Shown here: one piece after another, positions 1 through 10,238 of the stretch
How positions within the stretch are numbered: position 1 is the first letter of the stretch
How the letters are laid out: each line of letters begins with the position of its first letter
NCBI GenBank assembly: GCA_004375715.1
Contig: SOKP01000253.1
Coordinates: 16,573-80,572 of the forward strand
DNA: 64,000 bases
Direction of reading: 5' to 3'
Origin: Promethearchaeota archaeon
GTDB taxonomy: Archaea; Asgardarchaeota; Lokiarchaeia; Sigyniarchaeales; SOKP01
Program-made: the position numbers and the translations under genes
The notes under the pieces: generated by a model
The model's database searches: none
Seen by the model: the letters and a program-made list of their open reading frames with translations, nothing else
Told to the model about the DNA's origin: nothing

Positions 1-1215
1 GAAACGGGTTACGATATCCTTTTCTTTTGGGTTGCAAAAGAAATGATGCTGGGAATCGAACTTACGGGACAAACACCATACCATACCGTCTATCTACACG
101 GTATGATCCGAGACGAAAAAGGACGAAAGATAAGCAAATCTATGGAAAATATTGATCAATACGATCCTCTAGTAATTATAAAAGATTATGGAGCTGATTC
201 TCTCCGTTATGTAATGATATCAAATAGTGTGCCAGGATTAGACACTAATTATGATCCCAAAAATATTGAGGTTGCTCATAAATATTGCAATAAAATCTGG
301 CAAGCGTCTCGTTATGTTTTAACCAACATTGCTTCAGATGAGATAGTTCCTAAAATAGAAGAGATCGATCTAAGCAAGCTAAAATTCCCCGATAAATGGA
401 TTCTTTCTCGATTAAACTCATTGATTAAAGATGTGCAATCTTACATGGATAACTATGATTACTTGCGGATGACAAGAGAAATAAAATCCTTTTTTTGGAG
501 TGAATTTTGCGATTGGTACATTGAAATGAGCAAAATTTTTCTCTACGATGAGAATTATTCCGATAAACATGTTCAAAAAGCGATACTCCTCCATGTATTA
601 GAAACATTCTATAAGTTACTACATCCTGTGATGCCGTTCATCACTGAAAAATTATGGCAATCTCTTCCAGATAACCTTAAAACAACTCCTACAATAATGT
701 ATGCTCCTTGGCCAACAGCACAAGAATCATTTATCGATCCAACCATCGAAGATAGTTTTCTCTTGATGGCAGATTTGGTTCGCGAGGTAAGATGGGTAAA
801 ACATGATTTTGGAATTCCCCTAAAAACTCTTGTCCCATTACAAATTTCAATTGAAACTGAAGTTCATCGAGAATTGTTTAAATTATGTAGGAATGAATTA
901 GTTAAAATGGCATTTATAGACGAAAATAAATTTATTATCGATAAAAATCTAGTTCCACCTCCTCATGCAGCTCGAATCGTGCTTAGGGGAATACCTGCAT
1001 TTGTTCCCTTGTCTGAATCTGATATCGAAAAGCATAAAGCAAGAATCCACACCTCGTTAGAAAAAGCCAAAAATGAGGCTGTTAAAATCGAAAAAAAACT
1101 GCAGAGTCAATTTTCAGAGCGAGCTCCAAAAGAATTAGTTGAAAAAGAAAGAAAAAATCTTGAAGAATTACGGATTAAAATTGAACAACTTGAAGATCAA
1201 TTAAAATTGCTCTAA
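1..1215 (+). CDS. valS: Valine--tRNA ligase, C-terminal part (5' end outside window)
   Basis: Frame 1 is open from base 1 (ETGYDILFFWVAKEMM...). The class-I KMSKS loop is present as GRKISKS. It is followed by a helical anticodon-binding region and a C-terminal coiled coil (KNLEELRIKIEQLEDQLKLL). The overall pattern fits ValRS better than Ile/LeuRS. Confidence 0.85.
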   Translation, partial: ETGYDILFFWVAKEMMLGIELTGQTPYHTVYLHGMIRDEKGRKISKSMENIDQYDPLVIIKDYGADSLRYVMISNSVPGLDTNYDPKNIEVAHKYCNKIWQASRYVLTNIASDEIVPKIEEIDLSKLKFPDKWILSRLNSLIKDVQSYMDNYDYLRMTREIKSFFWSEFCDWYIEMSKIFLYDENYSDKHVQKAILLHVLETFYKLLHPVMPFITEKLWQSLPDNLKTTPTIMYAPWPTAQESFIDPTIEDSFLLMADLVREVRWVKHDFGIPLKTLVPLQISIETEVHRELFKLCRNELVKMAFIDENKFIIDKNLVPPPHAARIVLRGIPAFVPLSESDIEKHKARIHTSLEKAKNEAVKIEKKLQSQFSERAPKELVEKERKNLEELRIKIEQLEDQLKLL

Positions 1216-2126
1216 TTTCTCTTATAAAAGGGTTGATCCTTGATATCTGGAATTTGTACTTGAGGAGCGTTTTCTCTTATATATTTAATAGATTTTATCG
1301 TATCAACTTGAGGTAATTCAAAGACAACAGGACCTTTAAATTTCTTCTGATGAATCAGATTTAGAAATTCCGGGGGAAAATTCTTTCCCGTCCCTAAAGC
1401 GGCATGATCGGAAAATAAATTCTCATCGTCGTAGTCTTGGAGATGAATTTCGGCTGTTATGTCCAAATATTTCTCCATAATTTCGAGGAGATCGTGCTTT
1501 CCTGAAAACCCACCAAGAACATGTGCAGTATCTATACATAGCTTTGTCTTCAATTTTTTAATGATTTTAATTGTAGCTTCAAGAGGAAATACAATATTTT
1601 CTATAGCGATTTTACTTCTTTTTATACCAGTCTCTTCTATGAATTTCTCAATGCTTTGTATAGCATTAACGCTGAATAATTCAGATGTAATTTGTTTAAT
1701 CTGAGGGCTTTCGATAAATCCCATAACGCTTGCAACGGTTTCACCAGTGGGATGCAAGACAAAGACATCTATATCGTCCTCTAATTCTATAATAGAATTG
1801 TAGGCATCTATTAAAGAATTAACACTTCCTTCACATATGAATCTATTTGGCCCCCCAAGATCTAAGCTTAAAAAAGGAAGATGTGCAGAATATGTGATGT
1901 CATATTCATTTTTGATTTCTTGTAATATTTTAATTTGATTACTATCCATTGTAATTGGAAAAATTTGAAACAAATCCAACTGGATCTCAAAATGTTGATA
2001 TCCTGCTGTTGCTGCGTTTTTAACGATATCAGAAAATTGGAAATCTGATAACCCCTTCAACCCTTTTTTAGCAAGGATTCCATCAATTAATAGATCATAA
2101 GTCAATGGTGAAATTCCAAATCTCAT
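1212..2126 (-). CDS. Sugar phosphate isomerase/epimerase-like TIM-barrel protein (xylose isomerase-like fold)
   Basis: 304-aa ORF with the spaced strand-end motifs of this fold (HFEIQLD, AHLPF, VLHP, IAIEN, DTAH, HLQD). The family call is by pattern only. Confidence 0.5.
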   Translation of the reverse strand: MRFGISPLTYDLLIDGILAKKGLKGLSDFQFSDIVKNAATAGYQHFEIQLDLFQIFPITMDSNQIKILQEIKNEYDITYSAHLPFLSLDLGGPNRFICEGSVNSLIDAYNSIIELEDDIDVFVLHPTGETVASVMGFIESPQIKQITSELFSVNAIQSIEKFIEETGIKRSKIAIENIVFPLEATIKIIKKLKTKLCIDTAHVLGGFSGKHDLLEIMEKYLDITAEIHLQDYDDENLFSDHAALGTGKNFPPEFLNLIHQKKFKGPVVFELPQVDTIKSIKYIRENAPQVQIPDIKDQPFYKRN

Positions 2127-2364
2127 ACTATAAAGTCAACAATATTGTACAATTTTATATAATTTTTTAAAAGGGACTTAATTTTTAAAGTTTAATTTCT
2201 TTTTTACATTTATGTCTAATCTGTCAAATTCTTACTCATTTTCATTATTAGCATAAATATTTAGTATAAAAAGGGAAATATTTAAAATAAGAAAAGTTGA
2301 ATAGTAGTAATCATAATTTTTTATAAAGAATTAAAAAATAAAAATATCTAAATATTAAATATTA

Positions 2365-3819
2365 GTGTTTTTTATGACTGAAAATGAAGAAGCTTCTTCA
2401 CGACATTCTTTTTTAACTTATCTATCTTTTGGTACGTACAATATCCTATGGACAATTCCAACAGCATCAATGAGTCTTTTCATGTTTTTTTTCTACCATA
2501 CAGTTGTGGGTCTTGAAGCAGGTTGGATCTTGACTGTCGTTTTTATAAACACAATATGGGCTGGTCTTAACGACCCTTTAATAGGGTGGTTAACCGATCG
2601 AAATTTTAAGTGGACAAGAAAATGGGGTCGACGCTTTCCGTGGATAGCAATCGCTTTTATACCGGAAGCATTGTCTCTAATCATGATATTTTCTCCTCCA
2701 GATCTACCAAAGAATATCGATAATGTACTAATAAATCCTTTACCAGTGATGCTTTGGCTTTTGCTCTCTCTGTTCGTGTTTGATTTATTTGCTACGCTTG
2801 TTGATGTTCATACAGCTATCCTTCGTGCAGATAAATTTCGAACAGAAGCAGAAAGGAGGAAAGGTGCAGGATCCTGGGGTTTCTTTGACATGATCGCACA
2901 AGTCCTTGGAATGATGCTTCCACCGCTTCTTTTGTTTTTTGGAGCAACAATTTTATCATACACCGTTATGGCAGCAATTATTGCTTTAATAGCGATAATC
3001 TTTGGTATATTATTCGTTTTGAAGGGTGCTCGGGAGGATAAAATCATTATTGATCGATATTACTCAAGAGACTATGAACGAGTGCATGTACTTAAAGGTG
3101 TATGGTTAGTTCTTAAACAGAAAAGTTTTATGGCTCTCTTTGCTCATTATGTTCTATGGCTCGCGGCTACTGCATCGATAATGACTGGAATGATAGCATA
3201 CTTAGTAACATTTATTTTCCAATCTAACGATCCGGATGCAATGATCCCATTTCTCGCACTATTTCTCTTGGGATCATTAATTTCTATCCCAGTTTGGCTC
3301 AAAATTCTTAAGAAAATGAAAAACAATAAGAAAACCTATATTATCGGAAGTCTTCTATTAGTTGTACTTACGGTGCCACTCACCTTTTTCCAAGGCGATA
3401 TTTCTTTAATGATTATCATATTTTTGGTGGGTTTTGGAAATGGATGCGTGTGGACTATTGGAATGCCAGTATTGTATTCGAACGCACAAGATGATTTTGT
3501 TGTGCGTACTGGGAAGAATCAAAAAGGTATCATGGTTGGTACTTGGGCGGTAATAGGACTCGCTACAGCTTTTATTGACGAAGCATTAATAACATTGGTA
3601 TTTGCTCTTACCGGATTTAATGCAGGAATAGAAGATTATGCCGCTTTAGTTGCTTCTGGAGCAGATGTAGTACTTGTTGAATGGGGAATTCGTTTCCTGC
3701 TAGGAGTTATCCCTGCGTTGCTCATCTTAACGGGTACTTTGATCTTTTGGAAATACTATCCGCTCACTCAAGAAAAAGTATTAGAAAACAAAGCTAAGCT
3801 ACTTGAACTTGGTTTTTAA
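2365..3819 (+). CDS. Glycoside-pentoside-hexuronide (GPH) family cation symporter (MFS superfamily)
   Basis: Polytopic 484-aa ORF with the GPH signature LNDPLIGWLTDRNFKWTRKWGRRFPW after TM2. The true start is probably the ATG at 2374. Confidence 0.8.
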   Translation: MFFMTENEEASSRHSFLTYLSFGTYNILWTIPTASMSLFMFFFYHTVVGLEAGWILTVVFINTIWAGLNDPLIGWLTDRNFKWTRKWGRRFPWIAIAFIPEALSLIMIFSPPDLPKNIDNVLINPLPVMLWLLLSLFVFDLFATLVDVHTAILRADKFRTEAERRKGAGSWGFFDMIAQVLGMMLPPLLLFFGATILSYTVMAAIIALIAIIFGILFVLKGAREDKIIIDRYYSRDYERVHVLKGVWLVLKQKSFMALFAHYVLWLAATASIMTGMIAYLVTFIFQSNDPDAMIPFLALFLLGSLISIPVWLKILKKMKNNKKTYIIGSLLLVVLTVPLTFFQGDISLMIIIFLVGFGNGCVWTIGMPVLYSNAQDDFVVRTGKNQKGIMVGTWAVIGLATAFIDEALITLVFALTGFNAGIEDYAALVASGADVVLVEWGIRFLLGVIPALLILTGTLIFWKYYPLTQEKVLENKAKLLELGF

Positions 3820-3824
3820 TTTAA

Positions 3825-3836
3825 TTTTTTTTTTTT
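3825..3836 (+). terminator. Oligo-T tract (T12) just after the GPH transporter stop
   Basis: A run of 12 T begins 6 nt after the stop at 3819. Archaeal RNA polymerase terminates at oligo-T tracts. Confidence 0.35.
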
Positions 3837-3857
3837 CTTTATTTTTTAAATACCTAT

Positions 3858-4991
3858 TTATAACTTTAAAGGATATTGCCCGTATTTTTTTACAGCTGAG
3901 ATCATCGTTAAAACATTTTCTAATTTACAAGAATTTGTAATATCCGTACAAGGACTCAATATATAACCCCCACCTTCACCAGCATCGCGAATACAGTTTT
4001 TTACCGCATTTACAACATCATCCTTCGTCCCGTAAGGCAACAATTGAGAAACATCAATATTCCCAATTAAGCATAATTTATCTCCATATGTTTCCTTCAA
4101 ATGTTTCAAATTCATGCCTGCCATTGGTTCTAAAGATTCAACAGCGCTGAAGCCTGCTTCAATCAGTCCTTCAAAATATGGTTCAGTAAACCCATCAGAG
4201 TGGAAGCACACATATTTACCCGCTTTTCTTAAAATCTGGACGGCTTGCTTATAAGCAGGAATAATGAGTTCTCGATGGTATTTTGGGTTTAGCATTGTAG
4301 TATTTTTCAAAGCAGTATCATCACACATAAAAAAGACATCAAAATCTGTCTCAGCGTTTAGTTTTGCTGCTGTAATTAGTTTTTTAGTCCTTAGCTCGAT
4401 ATAATGTTTAATTTTACTTTTGTTTTTTCGTATTAACTTAATTAATAGTCCTAACCCCAAACCCTCCCAAAGAGGCTCTAAAATTGGCTCAAGATGGCAA
4501 CAAGGTACAAATTCATCAGTTGGGAATTTTCTTAGTCGTTTATTAATGTTTCTAGCGAAATCCGGAGCTTCTTCCCATTCTACAGAGAAATACGTATCGT
4601 GAAAATAATCTGCTTTTTCTTCAGTATTCATATAATTTCCCATATAATAAGCATCCCCCATGTCCATATCTCTTTGTTTTAAGAAGATTCTACCATTATA
4701 ATCAATATATTTATTATTATCTGGTAATTTTGGTAAAGGATTTTCTTGCATGTGTTTCTGGGGAATGAATATTGGAAATGAGTCGAAACCCCATGACATA
4801 TCAAAACCAAGCTTAAACTCTAAATTATAGTCTCTATAAGAGAGCTTATATTTCCTCTCCCGACTGTAAGAATCCCCCCAATAGTTCAGGAGTTCTCGTT
4901 TAAATCCTGGCATGATAATTTGGCAAAATAGAGGTATTCGATCCGGTTCTTCGTGATTTAATGCTTGTAATATTCTCTCCCGAGCGTTCAT
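3858..4991 (-). CDS. Uroporphyrinogen decarboxylase (URO-D / MtaA-CmuA) family protein
   Basis: N-terminus MNARERILQALNHEEPDRIPLF is typical of the family. 377 aa with a TIM-barrel-like pattern. The position of the family's H-x-C zinc motif reads FHSDG (H-x-D). Confidence 0.7.
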   Translation of the reverse strand: MNARERILQALNHEEPDRIPLFCQIIMPGFKRELLNYWGDSYSRERKYKLSYRDYNLEFKLGFDMSWGFDSFPIFIPQKHMQENPLPKLPDNNKYIDYNGRIFLKQRDMDMGDAYYMGNYMNTEEKADYFHDTYFSVEWEEAPDFARNINKRLRKFPTDEFVPCCHLEPILEPLWEGLGLGLLIKLIRKNKSKIKHYIELRTKKLITAAKLNAETDFDVFFMCDDTALKNTTMLNPKYHRELIIPAYKQAVQILRKAGKYVCFHSDGFTEPYFEGLIEAGFSAVESLEPMAGMNLKHLKETYGDKLCLIGNIDVSQLLPYGTKDDVVNAVKNCIRDAGEGGGYILSPCTDITNSCKLENVLTMISAVKKYGQYPLKL

Positions 4992-5091
4992 GATTCCAAA
5001 CTCTCCAATAATTTACTATGGTATAAATTGTGAAAGAACTAAAGTTTATCCCTAAATTAAATTTATCAATCTTCCAATTCTAATAAATTAC

Positions 5092-5862
5092 ATGGTAGTA
5101 TTAATTGAGAAGAATTACCCTGTTTTTACTATTATCATTGATAATTTTGAAACTAAAAACGCTGTTGATGGTCCTACGGCTCGAGAACTAAGTTCTGCTT
5201 TTAGAACCTTCGAAACCGACGAAAAAGCTTTAGTTGCTGTGTTATGGGGTGCTAATGGGACTTTCTGTTCTGGTGCCAATTTAAAGGCGATCACTGAAGG
5301 ACGAGGAAATACAATAAAAAAAGAAGGAGATGGACCAATGGGTCCAACTCGTATGAAACTAAAAAAACCAGTTATTGCGGCTATAGCTGGCTTTGCCGTT
5401 GCTGGCGGTTTAGAACTTGCCTTGTGGTGCGATATGCGCGTAATTGAAAAGAATGCGATATTTGGGGTGTTTTGTCGTAGATTTGGAGTACCTCTTGTGG
5501 ATGGAGGTACGGTAAGATTGCCAAGGCTTATTGGTTTAAGTCGTGCTTTAGATATGATTCTAACTGGGAGGCCCGTAAATGCTGAGGAAGCTTTAACTTG
5601 GGGATTAGCTAATCGAGTAGTAGCTAATGGTCAGTCTAGAATAGAAGCAGAAAAGTTAGCACGGGAAATTGCTGCGTTTCCTCATAATTGCATGAAAAAT
5701 GACCGTCTTTCTGTTTATAGTCAAATGGGATTAAATATTGACGAGGCAATGATAAGCGAATTTGAATTTGGTTTAAAAACGCTTGAAAGCGGAGAATACT
5801 TGGAAGGAAGCAAAACTTTTATGAAAGGAAATGGAAAGCACGGTAATTTTAACAATATCTGA
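5092..5862 (+). CDS. Enoyl-CoA hydratase/isomerase (crotonase) family protein
   Basis: Oxyanion-hole segments FCSGANLKAI and KPVIAAIAGFAVAGGLELALWCDMRV, at typical crotonase length (256 aa). Confidence 0.85.
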   Translation: MVVLIEKNYPVFTIIIDNFETKNAVDGPTARELSSAFRTFETDEKALVAVLWGANGTFCSGANLKAITEGRGNTIKKEGDGPMGPTRMKLKKPVIAAIAGFAVAGGLELALWCDMRVIEKNAIFGVFCRRFGVPLVDGGTVRLPRLIGLSRALDMILTGRPVNAEEALTWGLANRVVANGQSRIEAEKLAREIAAFPHNCMKNDRLSVYSQMGLNIDEAMISEFEFGLKTLESGEYLEGSKTFMKGNGKHGNFNNI

Positions 5863-5892
5863 ATATAACTTTGTACTTAAAATGGTGATATA

Positions 5893-6312
5893 ATGATTGT
5901 ATTTGAAGAATTTAGAGTAAAAACCCCTGAAAGAGAAGTCTTACTTGAAATTACGAATGAAATTAAAAGAATTGTAAAAAATTCTAAGATCAACGAAGGA
6001 ACATGTTGCGTATTCGTACCTCACACTACTGCGGGAATAACTATAAATGAAAACGCAGATCGCTCCGTAATGAAAGATGTTGCTAATTATCTAAATAAGT
6101 TAATTCCTAAAGGTGGAGGATTAGGCTACAATTTTAAGCACAGCGAAGGAAATTCTGATGCTCATATCAAGTGTTTATTAACGGGAAATTCTATAGATGT
6201 ATTAATTCACGAGAGTAAATTAATGTTAGGAACATGGCAAGGCATTATGTTCGCAGAATATGATGGACCAAGAAATAGAAAGGTATTTGTTCAAATTACG
6301 GGAGAACCATAA
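5893..6312 (+). CDS. YjbQ/UPF0047 family protein (secondary thiamine-phosphate synthase-like)
   Basis: 139 aa with VPHTTAGITINENADRSVMKDV and NSDAHIKCLLTGNSIDV...GTWQGIMFAEYDGPRNRKV, the conserved YjbQ pattern. Confidence 0.8.
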   Translation: MIVFEEFRVKTPEREVLLEITNEIKRIVKNSKINEGTCCVFVPHTTAGITINENADRSVMKDVANYLNKLIPKGGGLGYNFKHSEGNSDAHIKCLLTGNSIDVLIHESKLMLGTWQGIMFAEYDGPRNRKVFVQITGEP

Positions 6313-6316
6313 ACAA

Positions 6317-7473
6317 TTAATATTTCTTATCGACTAAAAATCTAGTTATAATAAGAGATATTATCATCAAACCAAAAACTACATAAAAGGGAAACAAAAT
6401 TTCAATTTCACCTAAAGGACTCATGATCATTGGAGCAACTGCTCCGCAGAAAAACCCGATCGCATTATTAAATCCGATCCCCGAACCTTTTAACTTAGGT
6501 TGAATATCTTCAATTACTTCTAATAAAAGAGTGATGCCCGCGGGATCAAACAACGCTATACCTATTGCCAAGAAAGAAACGACAATAAAAAATACAGGTA
6601 GGTTCAAAACAAAATCTGCAAAAAAGAAGGAAATTCCAAAAAACATAACTATTATTTGTCCTAACATCATCAATCTTCGAGGACCATATCGATTTAATAA
6701 TTTACTGGAAATAAAAATGAAAACAACATAAATAGCCATTATAGCTAACATTAAATAACTTGAAGTTACCTCACCTAATCCAAAACCTTTTGTCTTGTTT
6801 TGTAAAACCCAAATTAAATAGGCAGTAATAAATCCAAATAAAAACCATCTCATACTATTTAATATTAGTGTAAAGATATATTGACGCTCTTTAAGGAGAA
6901 TCTTTATATTCTTCATGTTGAAATCCATATTCTTATCTTGATTCTCACTCTTCTCAGGTTTATTATCTTCTTTAAGAACGAAAAAAATGAACAATATACT
7001 AAAACAAATTAGGAATCCCGATATCAAGAAAATGCTCCTAAACCCAAAGAAACTCGCAAAAAAACCCCCTATTATGAATCCAAGAAAGAATCCCACATTC
7101 ATGTATAATGAATAATAGCCCATTCCCTTACTATGTTGATCTTTTTGGTAGATATCTCCAATTATTGCCTGCAAAATTGAGGTATAAGCACCTGCTCCTT
7201 GAATTGCTCTGTAGATTGCCAGTTGGATTATATCCTGAGCTGTAAAACATAAAAATGTTCCTAACAGATATATAAGCATTCCGAATAGGACTACTTTTCG
7301 CCGTCCTAATTTATCTGAGACTGCTCATAAGGATATTGTAAAATACTTTGAGTCACAGAAAAAATTCCAATTATTATTCCATAGGAAGTTAGAGAACCAC
7401 CAAGACTCTCAACAAATGAAGGCAAACCGATTTGGACTATGCTCATCCCCATACTTCTGAACGCTGTAGACAT
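6317..7473 (-). pseudogene. MFS transporter interrupted by a frameshift near 7306-7330
   Basis: C-terminal frame (6317..7324) reads AVSDKLGRRKVVLFGMLIY... preceded by an in-frame TGA (7325-7327). The N-terminal piece (7306..7473, MSTAFRSMGMSIVQIGLPSFVESLGGSLTSYGIIIGIFSVTQSILQYPYEQSQIN*) is in another frame. One extra G in CCTTATGAGCAG would restore QYPYGAVSDKLGRRK, the MFS motif A. TM1-like sequence continues upstream of the ATG with no start codon. Confidence 0.7.
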
Positions 7474-7650
7474 TAGAACTACGATTAATAAGTTTCTAGT
7501 ATGTCTGCCTAATCCTATATCTGAAGAAATTTTAGTCTCCTCTCGTATTTTCTAAATTTAATAAGGAAATTCGGTAACCAATATAAATTTATTTTTCCTA
7601 ACGTTTTGGAGTATGAACCTCACGTTCAATTAAAAAATTAAAATAAGTAA

Positions 7651-8733
7651 GTGATATTTTTCATGAAAATCGGAATGAATTCTTTAGCAAATTTGGCTCA
7701 AATAAGAAAAGATGTAAAAAGAAAACGAGTTTCTAGTTATGATAGAACGGGGTCGAACATGGATAATGTTCAATTAAAACCAAATGAAAGCTATCAAATA
7801 TGCGACATAACAGGAGCAGGTATTATCAAACATATCTGGATGACAATAGCTTCTTCTGACCCTAATTATCTACGAAAGTTGGTTCTGAGGATGTGGTGGG
7901 ATGACGAGGAACACCCTTCTGTTGAGGTCCCGATCGGAGACTTTTTTGGTGTTGGTCATGGCAAAACCGTTAATTTTTGGAGTCTTCCATTCTCTAACGG
8001 ACCTGAGGATGGTAAGGGTTTTAATTGTTTTTTTCCCATGCCTTTTGCTTCTCGAGCTAAGATCGAAGTAGAAAGCGAAGCAGATACTACCACCGTTTTA
8101 TATTTTTATATAGATTATGAAGAATACAGCAATATATCAAACGATCTCGGGAGATTTCATGCTTTCTGGAATCGGCAAAACCCATGTGATGGTAAACCCT
8201 ATGGTACGGGGAAAAAAGTAGAGCGTTTTATTAAAAAAAATCCTACACACGAGGGTGACTATTTAATTCTTGACGCAGAAGGAGAAGGACACTTTGTTGG
8301 GTGTAACTTGAATATCCATAATCTAATGACGCCCGAAAATACGGCAAAGAACGATCATTGGTGGCCTGGAGAAGGTGACGATTACATTACTATTGATGAC
8401 GAAGAAACAATTTTATATGGAACTGGGACAGAAGACTATTTCTGTGGCGCGTGGTGTCCTTCCCAATTCTATTGTTCCCCATATTTTGGAGTAACTATTC
8501 CTGGTGGTAGTAACTGGAGCGGTAAAATATCATATTATAGATACCACATTGAAGATCCAATTTATTTCCATAAAAATATAGTGGTAAAAATAGAGCATGG
8601 TCATGCAAATCAACGATCCGACGATTTTTCTTCAACAGCCTATTGGTATCAAGCAGAACCACATAAAAAGCAAAATTTTTTCCCAATGGAAGAACGATTA
8701 CCACGGGATGAACCTAATGAAATCGAGCTTTAA
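7651..8733 (+). CDS. DUF2961 / glycoside hydrolase family 172-like protein
   Basis: SSYDRTGSNMD ... GAGIIKHIWMT ... LVLRMWWDDEEHPSVEVPIGDFFGVGHG matches the DUF2961 (GH172) core as I know it. No signal peptide. The start may be the ATG at 7663. Confidence 0.75.
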   Translation: MIFFMKIGMNSLANLAQIRKDVKRKRVSSYDRTGSNMDNVQLKPNESYQICDITGAGIIKHIWMTIASSDPNYLRKLVLRMWWDDEEHPSVEVPIGDFFGVGHGKTVNFWSLPFSNGPEDGKGFNCFFPMPFASRAKIEVESEADTTTVLYFYIDYEEYSNISNDLGRFHAFWNRQNPCDGKPYGTGKKVERFIKKNPTHEGDYLILDAEGEGHFVGCNLNIHNLMTPENTAKNDHWWPGEGDDYITIDDEETILYGTGTEDYFCGAWCPSQFYCSPYFGVTIPGGSNWSGKISYYRYHIEDPIYFHKNIVVKIEHGHANQRSDDFSSTAYWYQAEPHKKQNFFPMEERLPRDEPNEIEL

Positions 8734-8760
8734 ATAACTCGGAACACTCTTTTTTTTATC

Positions 8761-10152
8761 TTATTCAATGTTTTTTAATTTATCCAAGCGCAACTTATGG
8801 AGAACCTTAAGTTGCTCTTGCTGCTCAGTAAATTTTTTGTAATTTAGCGGGTAAAATTTAAAAACTATTAAACCAAGTAGTAGCCCAAAAGCAGGTACTA
8901 AAGACATCGAAATTCTTAACCCAATTAAAGCCGATGGTGCTTGAGTTTCTAAATTAGGATCAAATCCGGTTAATAACTGAATGGTTATTAAAGCAAAAGC
9001 AGATAAAATCATTGATAGTCTAGCAATAAATGCTCCAATCCCACCAAATGTTGCTTCTCGTCTTTTTCCCGTTTTAATTTCGTCGTAATCAATTGCAGCG
9101 GATATCACAGGTTCGGTCATTAAAACTCCCGTTACCCCAAGCCCTGGGAAAATTCCAATAATAGTTAGGCTAATAAAATCTTCCGCTAAAAAGAAAGGTA
9201 TTATTCCTACACAGAATATAATCATCCCTAGGGATAAGCCAAATTTCGGCCCCTTTTTAGCGTAAACTTGCCACCATAATGGAAACGAAATTATTATTCC
9301 TAGTGCTACTCCAATCATTGCGAATCCTTCCATTCCTTCTTCTACTTTAAGTATGAATTTGGCATAAAGAGGAAGAATCATCATCATAAAACCGAAACAA
9401 AAGTCAATTAATGCATAAGTTACTGAAGCAATTATAAATGGTTTATTTAAGAACGATTCTTTAAAAGCTTTAATTATCGGGAGTGGCTCATCTATTTGAT
9501 ATTCTACTCTTTCTTTTGTTCCAAGAAGAGAAAGATACATAGTTATTGGTATTGTAATGCCCATTATTAATCCTGCTAATGCCCAACTACCAAAAGCAGC
9601 AGCAATCATAGATGGGATCATTACACCAATCATTGAGGAAAAAAAAGCTATGGAGTCTTTTATAGCAACTACAGAAGCTCTCTCCTTTTCCTCTTCGTAC
9701 ATTTCCGTATATAAAGCGTTCCATGCAGTCATAACGATCGTAAATCCTGTATCGAATAGAAAAAGCATTATTAATCCGTATACGAATACTCTATTTTTAT
9801 CGCTAAATGGAACCCACCATAAAGCAATAAAACCTATCGTCATTGGGATTGTACCGTAAATAATCCAAGGCACACGACGTCCTTTCTTAAGCTTTATTTT
9901 GTCCATATAATAACCAATGAGCGGATCGTTTATTGCATTCCAGATTCCATATAACATGAAGAGAATTCCAAATTCAATAAGAGATAATCCCGCGTATAGT
10001 GTGTAAAAAATTAGCAACCAGGATCCAACCATACTGTAGGGGAGTGCAGAAGGTACCGCTCCTAAAGAATATAGAAAATGTCCTCGTCGAGAGTGTGGGT
10101 CGATATTTAACGAATGATCCTTAGATTTTTTCATATTTAAAACCTTTTCCAT
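8761..10152 (-). CDS. GPH family cation symporter (MFS superfamily)
   Basis: Polytopic 463-aa ORF with INDPLIGYYMDKIKLKKGRRVPW, the same GPH signature as 2365..3819. Confidence 0.8.
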   Translation of the reverse strand: MEKVLNMKKSKDHSLNIDPHSRRGHFLYSLGAVPSALPYSMVGSWLLIFYTLYAGLSLIEFGILFMLYGIWNAINDPLIGYYMDKIKLKKGRRVPWIIYGTIPMTIGFIALWWVPFSDKNRVFVYGLIMLFLFDTGFTIVMTAWNALYTEMYEEEKERASVVAIKDSIAFFSSMIGVMIPSMIAAAFGSWALAGLIMGITIPITMYLSLLGTKERVEYQIDEPLPIIKAFKESFLNKPFIIASVTYALIDFCFGFMMMILPLYAKFILKVEEGMEGFAMIGVALGIIISFPLWWQVYAKKGPKFGLSLGMIIFCVGIIPFFLAEDFISLTIIGIFPGLGVTGVLMTEPVISAAIDYDEIKTGKRREATFGGIGAFIARLSMILSAFALITIQLLTGFDPNLETQAPSALIGLRISMSLVPAFGLLLGLIVFKFYPLNYKKFTEQQEQLKVLHKLRLDKLKNIE

Positions 10153-10238
10153 GCTAAAATATACTTTTTATTTTAAAAATGATTTTTTATATTTTAAAGT
10201 TTATGTCTTATTGTGTTGAAAGCTAAAAAGATTTAAAC

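Noticed and set aside
7325-7327. The in-frame TGA in the MFS transporter as a possible selenocysteine or recoded codon.
   Set aside because: The sequence on either side of the TGA is in different frames, and a single-base indel restores a canonical MFS motif A. A frameshift explains it fully. No SECIS-like structure was seen.
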